Of a DNA stretch of 38,586 nt, positions 7,463-16,709 are shown one piece after another. A program made the translations under genes and the position numbers. The notes under the pieces are model-generated. The model saw only the letters and a program-made list of their open reading frames with translations, was not told the DNA's origin and did not search any database. The first letter of the stretch is position 1; each line of letters begins with the position of its first letter. Where the stretch lies: NCBI GenBank assembly GCA_964466395.1, contig CAYXNK010000001.1, positions 4,696 to 43,281 of the forward strand, given 5' to 3'. The stretch comes from an uncultured Oscillospiraceae bacterium. Lineage in GTDB: Bacteria; Bacillota; Clostridia; Oscillospirales; Oscillospiraceae.

Positions 7463-9805
7463 TTAGAAAAACTTTTCATTTGGCTTGGTGGACATTAGCT
7501 TATACAGCTTTGTATTTTTGGGAAACTGATTGGCGAACGGAACAAGGGACGAGCCATATTTGAGCAGTCCGCAACCCGCTTTTGCACCGGTAATATAGCT
7601 CATCTGCTCCGGCGAAATATTCAGAAGCTGCGCCAGCTTTTCACGGTCGGAAGCCGCCTGATTAAGCATCATGACAAACTCGGAGTTGGAAAGCATAGAA
7701 GAAGCCAGCACCGAATCAAGCAAATATTCCACATTCTGTGTAATTGCCGTGGCAAAGGCATTGCGCTTTCTGAAACGACGCCATGCAGAGTTGAAAAACT
7801 CGCCGGAATACTCGTTTTCGAATACAACATGGAACTCATCGACAAAGATATGCGTTCTTTTGCCTTTCTTCCAGTTTTCGGTCACACGGTTTATCATGGC
7901 ATCGGTGATGGTCAGAAGTCCCATTGTTTTAAGCTGCTTACCAAGATCGAAAATGTCATAAACCACCATACGGCTTTTCACATTCACATTGGTTGGGTGA
8001 GCAAATGCATCAAGCGAACCGCTGGTAAACAGTTCGAGAGACAGAGCCAACGCGCGTGCTTCTTCCTCTGGCTGTTCAAGTAATTTTTTGCGTAGTGTAA
8101 TGAGCGTCGGAATCTTGCCGCTTCTTGCGCTTTCCGCGTACACTTCTTTGGTACAGCGGTCAATGATGGAGTGTTCTTTCGGGCCAACAAGGGATTTATC
8201 CAGTTCGCCTATAAGCGACATTATAAATTCGCTCTTGTCAATAACCGGATCGCCGCCATCACCGTAATCGTCCACCATATCCATTGCGTTAATATGGTCG
8301 CGGCTTCCGGCTGCAATGCGGATAACCTCCCCGCCGAGCGCACGGATGAGTTCACCATATTCACCCTCTGGATCACATACCATAATGTCATCCTTTGTAG
8401 CCAGTGCGAGAAAGATAATCAGCATTTTCGCGGCAAAAGATTTGCCGGAACCCGGAACACCGAGCAAAAATGCATTAGGATTCATCAGGTTTTCCTTGTT
8501 GCACATCAACAAATTATGCGAGATGGCGTTCTCGCCGACATAGATGCCGTTCTTGTCCATGATGTTTTGCACCTTGAATGGGATAAATACCGCTAAGCTC
8601 TCGGTTGTAAGGGTTCGCAGACTGTCAATGCGGCGTGTACCATATGGCAACACGGTATTCAGACCGTCAAGCTGCTGCCATTTGAGAATGGCAAGGCTGC
8701 ACATATGCGACCTTGCAATGGTAAGCAACGCTTCGGTGTCGCTGTTAAGCTGCTCCAGACTGTCCGCCGTATGAACCAGTGTCATAACCGAGAACATCAT
8801 ACGCTGATCGCGTGTGGTGAGGTCATCCAGAAATTCCTTGCTTTCCTTGCGTTGCAATTCCATATCATAGGGAATGACCGCAGAAAAGTTGTTATTTTGA
8901 TTCTGCTTGCGCTGCCAGTTGGTGATATTTGTTTCCGTTCCGAGCAAACGGCTTTCCACCTCGCGCACCGCTTCATCCGTTGGAACCGGGACAATGTCAA
9001 TCGACATCATCATATTGCGGTTCAGACTTGTAAACTCATCCACCATGTCATCCTTGATAAAAGACGCATAATCGCGTAAAAAAAGAACGCGTCCAAAGCG
9101 TTCTCCCATACGGAAATGATCTCGCTCAAATTCGAAGGTGTCGGGGCAAACAAAATCCTTGAAATCTTGACCGTTCCGCGCTGCGTCCTTCAATTCAAAA
9201 CGGTATTGCGATTCTTCGCCTGTACGGAAGAAGTCATGGAAGATACGCAGCTTTTCGGTGGCATCCAGTTCGTCAAAATGAGAGCCGAGCCGTAGTAAAT
9301 GGCTTGCCAGCTCCGCACCGATACGGGAGAAATAATTGCGCGCTTCGGTTATATTTTTCTTGTTGACACTTACCGTAATATATTTTTCCTGTATCACGGC
9401 ATCATCGCCCACCGCTTTGCCAAGCAGCATTTGATTGTATTCCGTCCGGTATTCGTCCAGAGCGTCGCCCTGCATCGGAATAAGTATCGTTTTTTCAAGC
9501 TCCGATTGGTTCATCTTACGATTGTTGATGGTGATTTTCGTTGTTGCTCCGGAATCAAAGGAATTAAGCAACTCCGAGTATTGCAAGAACATTGTTTCCT
9601 TATCTTCCTCGCTGGCAACGGCATAATTTATATCGGTGAATTTAAAGGTCTTTGAAAATTTATGTGTCCCGTTTTTCGGGAACCTGGTAAGGCGCACAAT
9701 GCCGTCCTGCGATATGCCATAGGCGGGAATACAATCCTGTACGCCTTTGGGAATGATAAATTGCTCTTTGTCCTGTTTGAATAGATTGCGTAAGGTTTTA
9801 ATCAT
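7463..9805 (-). CDS. VirB4-family conjugation ATPase (TcpF/ConE/Orf16-like)
   Basis: 780 aa. Walker A GVPGSGKSFAAK and Walker B THIFVDEFH. Positioned after the PrgI-like gene, as in Gram-positive T4SSs. Confidence 0.9.
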   Translation of the reverse strand: MIKTLRNLFKQDKEQFIIPKGVQDCIPAYGISQDGIVRLTRFPKNGTHKFSKTFKFTDINYAVASEEDKETMFLQYSELLNSFDSGATTKITINNRKMNQSELEKTILIPMQGDALDEYRTEYNQMLLGKAVGDDAVIQEKYITVSVNKKNITEARNYFSRIGAELASHLLRLGSHFDELDATEKLRIFHDFFRTGEESQYRFELKDAARNGQDFKDFVCPDTFEFERDHFRMGERFGRVLFLRDYASFIKDDMVDEFTSLNRNMMMSIDIVPVPTDEAVREVESRLLGTETNITNWQRKQNQNNNFSAVIPYDMELQRKESKEFLDDLTTRDQRMMFSVMTLVHTADSLEQLNSDTEALLTIARSHMCSLAILKWQQLDGLNTVLPYGTRRIDSLRTLTTESLAVFIPFKVQNIMDKNGIYVGENAISHNLLMCNKENLMNPNAFLLGVPGSGKSFAAKMLIIFLALATKDDIMVCDPEGEYGELIRALGGEVIRIAAGSRDHINAMDMVDDYGDGGDPVIDKSEFIMSLIGELDKSLVGPKEHSIIDRCTKEVYAESARSGKIPTLITLRKKLLEQPEEEARALALSLELFTSGSLDAFAHPTNVNVKSRMVVYDIFDLGKQLKTMGLLTITDAMINRVTENWKKGKRTHIFVDEFHVVFENEYSGEFFNSAWRRFRKRNAFATAITQNVEYLLDSVLASSMLSNSEFVMMLNQAASDREKLAQLLNISPEQMSYITGAKAGCGLLKYGSSLVPFANQFPKNTKLYKLMSTKPNEKFF

Positions 9806-10163
9806 AGCGGTCTGAAACCTCCTTTTCGTGTTTTTTAATGGTATCTTTCATTGCTTCGTAATAGGTGTTGGTGCTGCGGAATACCATTTTTTTCGGCATC
9901 AGGAATTCCGACTTGAACCACGCCCATACAAATTTTTCCGCCGTCATGCCGTTATACTTAATAAAACCGAGCGCGGCAAATGGAGCTGCGCCAAGCATAC
10001 ACACCCAAGACAGCGTTTCAATGCCGCAGTACGGGCGTAGCACAAAATACAAAAGTACCGCAACGCCGCAGGCAAGAACGGCAAATAAAAACTGACGGAG
10101 CGAAAGACCGAAAAACATACTTTCCGTGTAGTTTCGAATTTCGCGGTTTATCTTAACCTCCAA
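9798..10163 (-). CDS. PrgI/VirB3-like small membrane protein
   Basis: EIRNYTESMFFGLSLRQFLFAVLACGVAVLLYF plus a second TM segment. TTG start with GAAGGAGGT upstream. The 3' end overlaps the VirB4 start by 8 nt. Confidence 0.7.
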   Translation of the reverse strand: MEVKINREIRNYTESMFFGLSLRQFLFAVLACGVAVLLYFVLRPYCGIETLSWVCMLGAAPFAALGFIKYNGMTAEKFVWAWFKSEFLMPKKMVFRSTNTYYEAMKDTIKKHEKEVSDRYD

Positions 10164-11127
10164 TATGAATACCTCCTTCGTTGATATTGTCGATTCGCTT
10201 CTGCGCCATTGCGCAGAAATCGGGATTCAGATCAATGCCGATATACTCTCTGCCGAGCCGCTTGGCAACCGCGCCTGTCGTACCGGACCCGAAAAACGGA
10301 TCAAGTACAACGCCGCCATTCGGACAGCCGGCTAAAATACACGGTTCCACAAGCTGCTCCGGAAATATGGCAAAGTGACCGCGGGAACGGTAGAAATTGG
10401 TGCTGATACTCCACACATCCCGCTTATTGCGCATATTGTCACTGTTTGTATGGGTGCGAGGCTTAAATATCGCCTGATTCTTGCCGTCCGGCAATCCGTG
10501 CGCATATTTACCACGTGTGCTAACGGCTCTTTTATTTCGTTCAACCGTGCTTTCCGCCAACGGCTCCGCAATCGCTCCGCCGTTGTAGTAATACTGCGGC
10601 GATTTTGACAACAGAAACAAATGCTCATAAGATTTTGTCGGACGGTCTTTCACCGGCTCCGGCAAGCAATTCGACTTTTGCCAGATAATATCCGAGCGCA
10701 GATACCAGCCGTTTTCACGCAGAGCAAAAGCCAGCATCCACGGAACACCGATCATATCCTTTGCCTTGATACCATCCCAGAGCTTCGGCATTTTCAAACT
10801 TGCGTCCTCCGGCACACAGCAATAAAGCTGTTTGTGATTCGGACGCTCGGATAATGGACGCTTCCACGCGCCTTTACTGCTTCCGGCATAGCTGTCGGCA
10901 ATATTGAGCCACAGCGTTCCGTCCGGTGCTAAAACGCGTTTCACCTCGTTAAATACCGCCGTGAGATTTTCAATGTATTCTGCTGGAGATTCCTCGTTGC
11001 CCATCTGTCCGTTCACACCGTAATCGCGCAGTCCGTAATACGGCGGGCTGGTGACGCAGAGCTGAACGCTGTCGGACGGCAAAAGCCGTAGCTTCTCCAG
11101 CGCATCGCCGCAGAGAATTTTACTCAT
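10153..11127 (-). CDS. orphan beta-class DNA methyltransferase (N4-C or N6-A)
   Basis: Motif IV TSPPYYG lies near the N-terminus and motif I VLDPFFGSGTTG near the C-terminus. No adjacent endonuclease. The start is placed at ATG 11125-11127 (MSKILCGDALE). Confidence 0.85.
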   Translation of the reverse strand: MSKILCGDALEKLRLLPSDSVQLCVTSPPYYGLRDYGVNGQMGNEESPAEYIENLTAVFNEVKRVLAPDGTLWLNIADSYAGSSKGAWKRPLSERPNHKQLYCCVPEDASLKMPKLWDGIKAKDMIGVPWMLAFALRENGWYLRSDIIWQKSNCLPEPVKDRPTKSYEHLFLLSKSPQYYYNGGAIAEPLAESTVERNKRAVSTRGKYAHGLPDGKNQAIFKPRTHTNSDNMRNKRDVWSISTNFYRSRGHFAIFPEQLVEPCILAGCPNGGVVLDPFFGSGTTGAVAKRLGREYIGIDLNPDFCAMAQKRIDNINEGGIHIGG

Positions 11128-11138
11128 ACGCAAACACC

Positions 11139-11723
11139 TCACCTTTCCGGGGAATCCTTGACGGGTGCTTTCGGCTGTAGCTGTCGCGGTGTCTGACCGT
11201 TCTCTGGTTTAATGAAATCAAGTCTACCGGCAGCGTAAATTGCGTTGTCATTGAGTTGCCTTTGCCATGCGCCCTCGGACGGTGCCCAACGAAAGCCGTT
11301 TGATTTAAGTGCTGCGCGTTTCTGTTCGTCCGGTTTCTCATCAAAAAGCACCTGAAGACGGCATAGTTCATCATTGGCAATAACCTCACCGCCATTAAAT
11401 TTCCAACCGACAAAGCCGACTTCCTGATTGATTGTCAGCTCCTTAATTCTCCCTTTCAATCTGCGGATTTCCGCACTGTTTCCGGTCAACTCATAATCAA
11501 AAAACGGCGCTTTTTGCCACGAATAGCCGTTTGAAACCTTACTGTCCAATCTTTCCGCACGGTCATCCGGCATGTCGGGGTAACCGTGACAAGTACCGTT
11601 TTTCCGGTAATAGGCGTTGACCGCTTTCATATACTGCTGTGATTTTTCGCACATCTGCAACTCATCGTTCAGCTTTTGAAGTGCCTGCGGATCGTCGCTG
11701 CGGATTGGATTTTTATAACTCAT
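11139..11723 (-). CDS. conserved ICE protein, DUF3560-like
   Basis: 194 aa. The C-terminal ALKSNGFRWAPSEGAWQRQL resembles DUF3560 as I recall it. The assignment is unverified. Confidence 0.5.
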   Translation of the reverse strand: MSYKNPIRSDDPQALQKLNDELQMCEKSQQYMKAVNAYYRKNGTCHGYPDMPDDRAERLDSKVSNGYSWQKAPFFDYELTGNSAEIRRLKGRIKELTINQEVGFVGWKFNGGEVIANDELCRLQVLFDEKPDEQKRAALKSNGFRWAPSEGAWQRQLNDNAIYAAGRLDFIKPENGQTPRQLQPKAPVKDSPER

Positions 11724-11753
11724 AATCGTAATTCCTTTCAGTTTTTATTTGGC

Positions 11754-12590
11754 TTATAAGCCCATCATTTCGCGTACCACCCGGTCAGCCATTTTAACAG
11801 CGCCTACAAGAACAAGCATATTAAAGATTAGTTCACCAATGTATGCCCATACCTGAGTAACCGCTGCTGCACTGGTATCGACTGCCGGTGGGGATGATGC
11901 AAATAAAGAAAAGATAATGCAAGCCAAAACGATAATAGCACCCTCCAAACAGACCGCTGCATAGGATTTTATAAAGCTCTTGCCGACATTCTGTGACGGT
12001 TCACCGGCAAAAGTTGATAGCGGAACTGGCGCAATCGCGGTATAGAGATAGAGCCGGAAGAATCGTCCGTACACGCTCATAATCATAATGAACGACAGTA
12101 CCGTGATGAACAAGCCGCCGATCAGCGTTACTGCCCACAATGGGATACTCTCAAAGAACCCGCAGCTTTCAATGGAATCAATAATGCTTTGCGGGAGCAC
12201 CGTTTGTTGAGACGAGCCAAATCCTGCGGCGTTCATAATGGTAGAGATTAAGCCTTGCACGATATTGAACAGTGCCATCATCAACTCCAGTCCGTAGGTG
12301 ACAACGCCTTTTGCAAGAGCAAATCGTATAAACAACTTTAAGGCATGTTCCGGCTTTTTAACTTCTGCAAACGAGCCACAAGTTTTCATCACGCCGATTA
12401 CAAAGAACAGTACTAACAGAGCCAGCCCGATTGCTCGTACTGCACCGTGAATATCAACAATGACATTCCATATCGTGCCGCCCTTGAAATTTTCGGGTGA
12501 TTGGGTAATGAGCTGCCATATTTCCGACAGCTTTCCGTTCCAAGTATCGAGTGCGTTTTGCAGGTTTTGAGCAACCCAGTTATCCGACAT
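11754..12590 (-). CDS. polytopic membrane protein, VirB6/TrbL-like T4SS channel component
   Basis: 278 aa with about 6 hydrophobic segments. Located between the Maff2 and VirB4-side genes. Confidence 0.6.
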   Translation of the reverse strand: MSDNWVAQNLQNALDTWNGKLSEIWQLITQSPENFKGGTIWNVIVDIHGAVRAIGLALLVLFFVIGVMKTCGSFAEVKKPEHALKLFIRFALAKGVVTYGLELMMALFNIVQGLISTIMNAAGFGSSQQTVLPQSIIDSIESCGFFESIPLWAVTLIGGLFITVLSFIMIMSVYGRFFRLYLYTAIAPVPLSTFAGEPSQNVGKSFIKSYAAVCLEGAIIVLACIIFSLFASSPPAVDTSAAAVTQVWAYIGELIFNMLVLVGAVKMADRVVREMMGL

Positions 12591-12608
12591 TCAGTTTCCT
12601 CCTTTCAG

Positions 12609-12645
12609 CGAAAAATGCGGCCGGACATTTTTGCCCTGCCGCATT
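12609..12645 (-). terminator. terminator or attenuator after the Maff2 gene
   Basis: Perfect 8-bp stem aatgcggc / gccgcatt, followed on the minus strand by TTTTT. Confidence 0.5.
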
Positions 12646-12659
12646 TTCGCAATCTTTAT

Positions 12660-13007
12660 TTAGCCCGTAATCAGGTTTAAAATTTCTTTGGCAAAGGTAA
12701 TGACAACACCACCCGCCAGCGTTAAAAATCCATTGGCTCTCTGCGACGGATCGTGAGATTTAAGCGAAAGACCGATTTGCACGATACCGAAGCCGAGCAA
12801 AATCATGCCAACCGCGCGAATTAGTCCGAAAATAAAATCGGACAGATTGTTTACCACCGCCAGTGGATCATTGCCAGCGGCGAATGCAGTCATTGACAGT
12901 GCCGACATCAGTGTAAGGCAAAGAATGATAGCCGTATAAACCGAGAATGCTTTTCTTGTCTTACAGCTCATCGGAAGCTTGTGCGTTTCTTTCTTAATGT
13001 GTTTCAT
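12660..13007 (-). CDS. Maff2-family small membrane protein (possible pilin/VirB2 analogue)
   Basis: Signal/TM then AFAAGNDPLAVVNNLSDFIFGLIRAVGMILLGFGIVQIGLSLKSHDPSQR, which matches the Maff2 family from memory. Confidence 0.7.
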   Translation of the reverse strand: MKHIKKETHKLPMSCKTRKAFSVYTAIILCLTLMSALSMTAFAAGNDPLAVVNNLSDFIFGLIRAVGMILLGFGIVQIGLSLKSHDPSQRANGFLTLAGGVVITFAKEILNLITG

Positions 13008-13019
13008 AGGGGTTCCTCC

Positions 13020-14810
13020 TTATTTTTTTGAAATGAGTGCTTCAATTTCCTCATCGGAATAAAGTTCATATTCGGCTTCTGTTTTTGGTTCTTCATGCGG
13101 TGTGTTCGCAGTTATCCCGGCAAGAGTAACGGTAGCCACAGCGTTTTCCGTACCGCCGTGAATATACGGCTTGGCGCTGCCGTCTGCGGTGAGTGCGACA
13201 TTCGGGTGCTTGAGAATATCGTATTTATCATCCATAACCGGACGCTCACCGCGAATGAACAAAATGGAATAGCGGTTATCCAGCATACGCACCTCGTCCG
13301 ATGTAAGAAGCTCACGCCCGGAAATCTGCCAGTTGGTAGAAAAGTTGCCGCGCATACCGTCGCTCCGTCCATAGGTATTGGTGTCGATTGTTTCTTTACC
13401 GAGCAATTCCGAAACATATTTGTGGGTACTTTGCTCATTTCCACCGAGATAGAGAAATTCATCGCAGTTGCCGACAATGCTTTCCCATTGCTTTTCAAAC
13501 AAAGCCTTTAACTGCGCCAGATTTTGGATGATAATACTGACCGAAATCTCACGGCTTCGCATAGTGGAAAGCAGCTTGTCAAATTCATCAGGCAACGCGA
13601 CATTCGCGAATTCGTCCATTACAAAATGCACATGAACGGGCAGTCTGCCGCCGTGTATTACATCCGCCTGATAATAAAGCTGTTGAAAAAGCTGGGTGTA
13701 AAGCATACCGACAATAAAGTTAAAGCTGCTGTCATTGTCCGGAATAAGTGCAAATACGGCTGTTTTCTTTTCTCCAATGCTTGACAAGTTCATTTCATCC
13801 GTTTGTGTGATTCCGGCAAGAGAGGACAGATTGAATTTCTCCAGACGGGACACAAGGGTAATCTGAATGGATTTCAAGGTTTTGCCACTGCCGGAATGAT
13901 ATGCTCGGTAATACTTCAAAGCGATATGCTCCGGATTCCGCATTTCCAGCCGTTCAAACAATTCATCCAGAGGCGATTGGTAGGTATCATCTTCTTCGTG
14001 CACCTCACCGGCGCGTATCATTTCCATGACCATCGGAAAATTCTGCTCATCTTCCGGCGCTTCATAATGAAGGTAAAACACAAGCGCAAGAAGAAGCATA
14101 CTTGCCGCCTGATCCCAGAACGGATCTTGACTTTGTGAACCTTTCGGGGTGGTATTTTTGAACAGGTTCGTCACAAGGCGCTGAATGTCGTTATCGTCAC
14201 GGAGATAGACAAACGGATTATAGCAATGAGAGCGCTCCATGTTGATAAGGTCAAGTATCCTGATTTCGTAATCATCTTTAAGCAGATTTCCGACAGAACG
14301 CAGAATTTCACCCTTACAGTCCAAAATAATAAAACTGGTATTGGCGTTCATAATGTTCGGTTTCGCATAAAACCTTGTTTTACCAGAACCGGAGCCGCCA
14401 ACTACCAGCACATTTAGATTGCGGCGGTGTCGTTGTCCGTCAAGTCCAATGGAAACGTGTTGCGTGAGTAGCTTGTTTTGAAATTTATCCTTGTCTGCAT
14501 ATTTCTTGTTTACCGTACCCGGCGCGCCCCATTTTGCCGAGCCGTGTTCTTCTCTACGGCGATAATTTCGCTTGGTTGCGAAATAAATGCCGATTCCAAA
14601 GCCGTAAGCACATAAAAAAATGAGGACAGTTTTCAGGCTGTCCTCACATATCTTTATCTGTAACGGATGGCTCATGACCGCTGACAGGTTTTCAAGAATT
14701 TCGGGTAATCCTCCGGAGATAGCTGGGGCGATAAGCAGCCCCAGCCATACCACCGGAAGTAATCCGCATACACAGAAAAGGATTGTTGCTTTTGGATTAT
14801 CGTGCTTCAA
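13020..14810 (-). CDS. VirD4/TraG-family type IV coupling protein
   Basis: Two N-terminal TM segments. Walker A VVGGSGSGKTRF and Walker B VHFVMDEFAN. Confidence 0.9.
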   Translation of the reverse strand: MKHDNPKATILFCVCGLLPVVWLGLLIAPAISGGLPEILENLSAVMSHPLQIKICEDSLKTVLIFLCAYGFGIGIYFATKRNYRRREEHGSAKWGAPGTVNKKYADKDKFQNKLLTQHVSIGLDGQRHRRNLNVLVVGGSGSGKTRFYAKPNIMNANTSFIILDCKGEILRSVGNLLKDDYEIRILDLINMERSHCYNPFVYLRDDNDIQRLVTNLFKNTTPKGSQSQDPFWDQAASMLLLALVFYLHYEAPEDEQNFPMVMEMIRAGEVHEEDDTYQSPLDELFERLEMRNPEHIALKYYRAYHSGSGKTLKSIQITLVSRLEKFNLSSLAGITQTDEMNLSSIGEKKTAVFALIPDNDSSFNFIVGMLYTQLFQQLYYQADVIHGGRLPVHVHFVMDEFANVALPDEFDKLLSTMRSREISVSIIIQNLAQLKALFEKQWESIVGNCDEFLYLGGNEQSTHKYVSELLGKETIDTNTYGRSDGMRGNFSTNWQISGRELLTSDEVRMLDNRYSILFIRGERPVMDDKYDILKHPNVALTADGSAKPYIHGGTENAVATVTLAGITANTPHEEPKTEAEYELYSDEEIEALISKK

Positions 14811-14988
14811 CGCATTTACACTTTACTTTTTTAGTCGGGGCATCAATCGTTTTTAACAGTACTTCGTCCACAATGTCCGTGGGACGTTCTTCCTCAATTA
14901 AATCATTTCGCATTTCATTGAGGGCGTTGATTACAACGCCCTGCTCATAGCGGTCAAGCTCCAGAATGCGTTTTTCCATTTTCTCCAT
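14797..14988 (-). CDS. small conserved hypothetical protein (63 aa)
   Basis: AGGAG lies 9 nt upstream of the ATG. The 3' end overlaps the VirD4 start by 14 nt. No family recognised. Confidence 0.5.
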   Translation of the reverse strand: MEKMEKRILELDRYEQGVVINALNEMRNDLIEEERPTDIVDEVLLKTIDAPTKKVKCKCVEAR

Positions 14989-14990
14989 AA

Positions 14991-15887
14991 TCAGCGCTCC
15001 TGTTCTTTTGATTTCGTATCACGGCTTTGCTCCAGCGATTTTGCAATGCGCCCGGAAATGGTTTCCGCTGTATCGCGGATATCGGTCAGCACGGCGCGGA
15101 TGCTTTGTGCGTCGCCCTCACGCAGATTGTCAGGAAGCACGGAAAAATCATAGCCGGAAACATCAATGCTATTTTTCTTGCAGACGATATAGGAGGAACA
15201 GTAGGCAGTAAAGCCCATATTCTCACGAGAATAACTGTCGCTCACAGCAGCCAGCTCCATGTGAGAAAGTTCAATACTCAAGGCGCGGAAAAGGTCTTGG
15301 AATTCAAGCCCACGACGGACATAGATTTTTCCGCTTTCCGGTTCAAAGAACGCTCCGGACGCACGACCTGCCAGATCGTCCACAACAGATATATCGCCGC
15401 GGTGTCCGCTGATTAGCGCGGCAATCATGGTGCGTTCGTCATGCTGAACGTTCGGACGCACCTTTGCTTTATCCGTGGTCTGACTAACATCAAACACCTT
15501 TTTGACATTGTAGGATGTTCCGATTGTATTATCCTCGCGGGTATATTCCTCGCCGGGGGCAAGAATGCTGATACCTTTTTGCTGTTTTTTGATGGAGGCT
15601 CCGGCTTCTTTCCAGCCATCAAAATCTTTAAGCTGGGTTGCCCCGGGCATCTGTGCCGTGATGAGCAAAGCGTTCAGCGCAGAATAGCGGTCAAAGCGGC
15701 TCTGCACATCCAGATATTCGCGGAAACGATTGCCGTCCGAGCTAATTGCTTCCGCGGTAGAATCGGCAAGTTCATAAACTGACTTGCGCTCAGTCTGCTT
15801 TTTCTCCGCCCATTTTTCTTTGTCAAAGGGTTCCTCTGGCAATGCAGCAGAAGTGCCGGGATCAAAAATATCATCAAAATTACTCAT
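14991..15887 (-). CDS. ArdC-like ssDNA-binding / anti-restriction-type protein with a degenerate metallopeptidase motif
   Basis: SALNALLITAQMPGATQLKDFDGWKEAGASIKKQQKGISIL resembles the ArdC N-domain and the N-terminus of the giant ORF. The C-terminal region reads SIELSHMELAA where ArdC has HExxH. Confidence 0.55.
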   Translation of the reverse strand: MSNFDDIFDPGTSAALPEEPFDKEKWAEKKQTERKSVYELADSTAEAISSDGNRFREYLDVQSRFDRYSALNALLITAQMPGATQLKDFDGWKEAGASIKKQQKGISILAPGEEYTREDNTIGTSYNVKKVFDVSQTTDKAKVRPNVQHDERTMIAALISGHRGDISVVDDLAGRASGAFFEPESGKIYVRRGLEFQDLFRALSIELSHMELAAVSDSYSRENMGFTAYCSSYIVCKKNSIDVSGYDFSVLPDNLREGDAQSIRAVLTDIRDTAETISGRIAKSLEQSRDTKSKEQER

Positions 15888-15890
15888 GAC

Positions 15891-16709
15891 TTATCTCTCC
15901 TTATTCTTTTTGGATTTTTTGCGGGGTGCTTTGTGTTCGGGTGCCGTTGTTTTGGAAGGCGCTTTTTCAGAAGTGCCTTTTTCAAGCTTTGGCTGTTCCT
16001 CGCGGCGTTTTTCCTGAGAACCCCGAATTTCCCTCAATTCCTCACGAACAGACGGGCGTTCTGGTTTAGAAGACCCCGCGGCGGTTTTGGCGGGAACACC
16101 GGAGATATTCCCGGACAGACCGGATTTCGCTGTCCTCTCCGGAAAAAAATCCGTTTTTGCCGCTGCCGGATTTTCCGGCGCGGATTTTTCTTTTTGCGCG
16201 GGCTTTGAAAGCAAATCATCTAAAAGCGCTTCATCACTCTTATCCGAGGCGGTGCGTTCCGGCTCCGGTTTGCCTTCCGCTTTTTCATTTATACTCTTTT
16301 CAACCTTGCTCTTGATAGAGACAGCATCCACGGTAGACATTTTAAAACGCTCCACAATACGGTTGATTTTGGACGCGTCCTCAGCACGAACCATAATATC
16401 CACCATTCCGTCAGCGGACGGTTCTTTTCCGCGCAGGGCGCAGTAGACAACGCCGTAACGCTTGGATTCGATAGAAAACTGCGCTAAATCATCTTCTTTA
16501 ATGGTAAACACCTTTAATTCTTTGCCGCTTTTGAGCATTGCGGTAAGGCGCTGCCTGCCCTTGATCTTGCTTTTGTCCTTATTCTTGTAAATAGAATAAA
16601 TCGCGGCTGCAATATTTTTTGCCGCCGAACCGGTAAGCTTCAAAGCAACCTCTGTACCCTCAAGGCTCATACGGACGATTTGTTCCGCTGCATCTCCTGA
16701 TGTATTCAT
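15891..16709 (-). CDS. PcfB-family (DUF3801) protein
   Basis: MNTSGDAAEQIVRMSLEGTEVALKLTGSAAKNIAAAIY...KGRQRLTAMLKSGKELKVF. AAAGGAG lies upstream of ATG 16709. The C-terminal tail is low-complexity and basic/acidic. Confidence 0.75.
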   Translation of the reverse strand: MNTSGDAAEQIVRMSLEGTEVALKLTGSAAKNIAAAIYSIYKNKDKSKIKGRQRLTAMLKSGKELKVFTIKEDDLAQFSIESKRYGVVYCALRGKEPSADGMVDIMVRAEDASKINRIVERFKMSTVDAVSIKSKVEKSINEKAEGKPEPERTASDKSDEALLDDLLSKPAQKEKSAPENPAAAKTDFFPERTAKSGLSGNISGVPAKTAAGSSKPERPSVREELREIRGSQEKRREEQPKLEKGTSEKAPSKTTAPEHKAPRKKSKKNKER

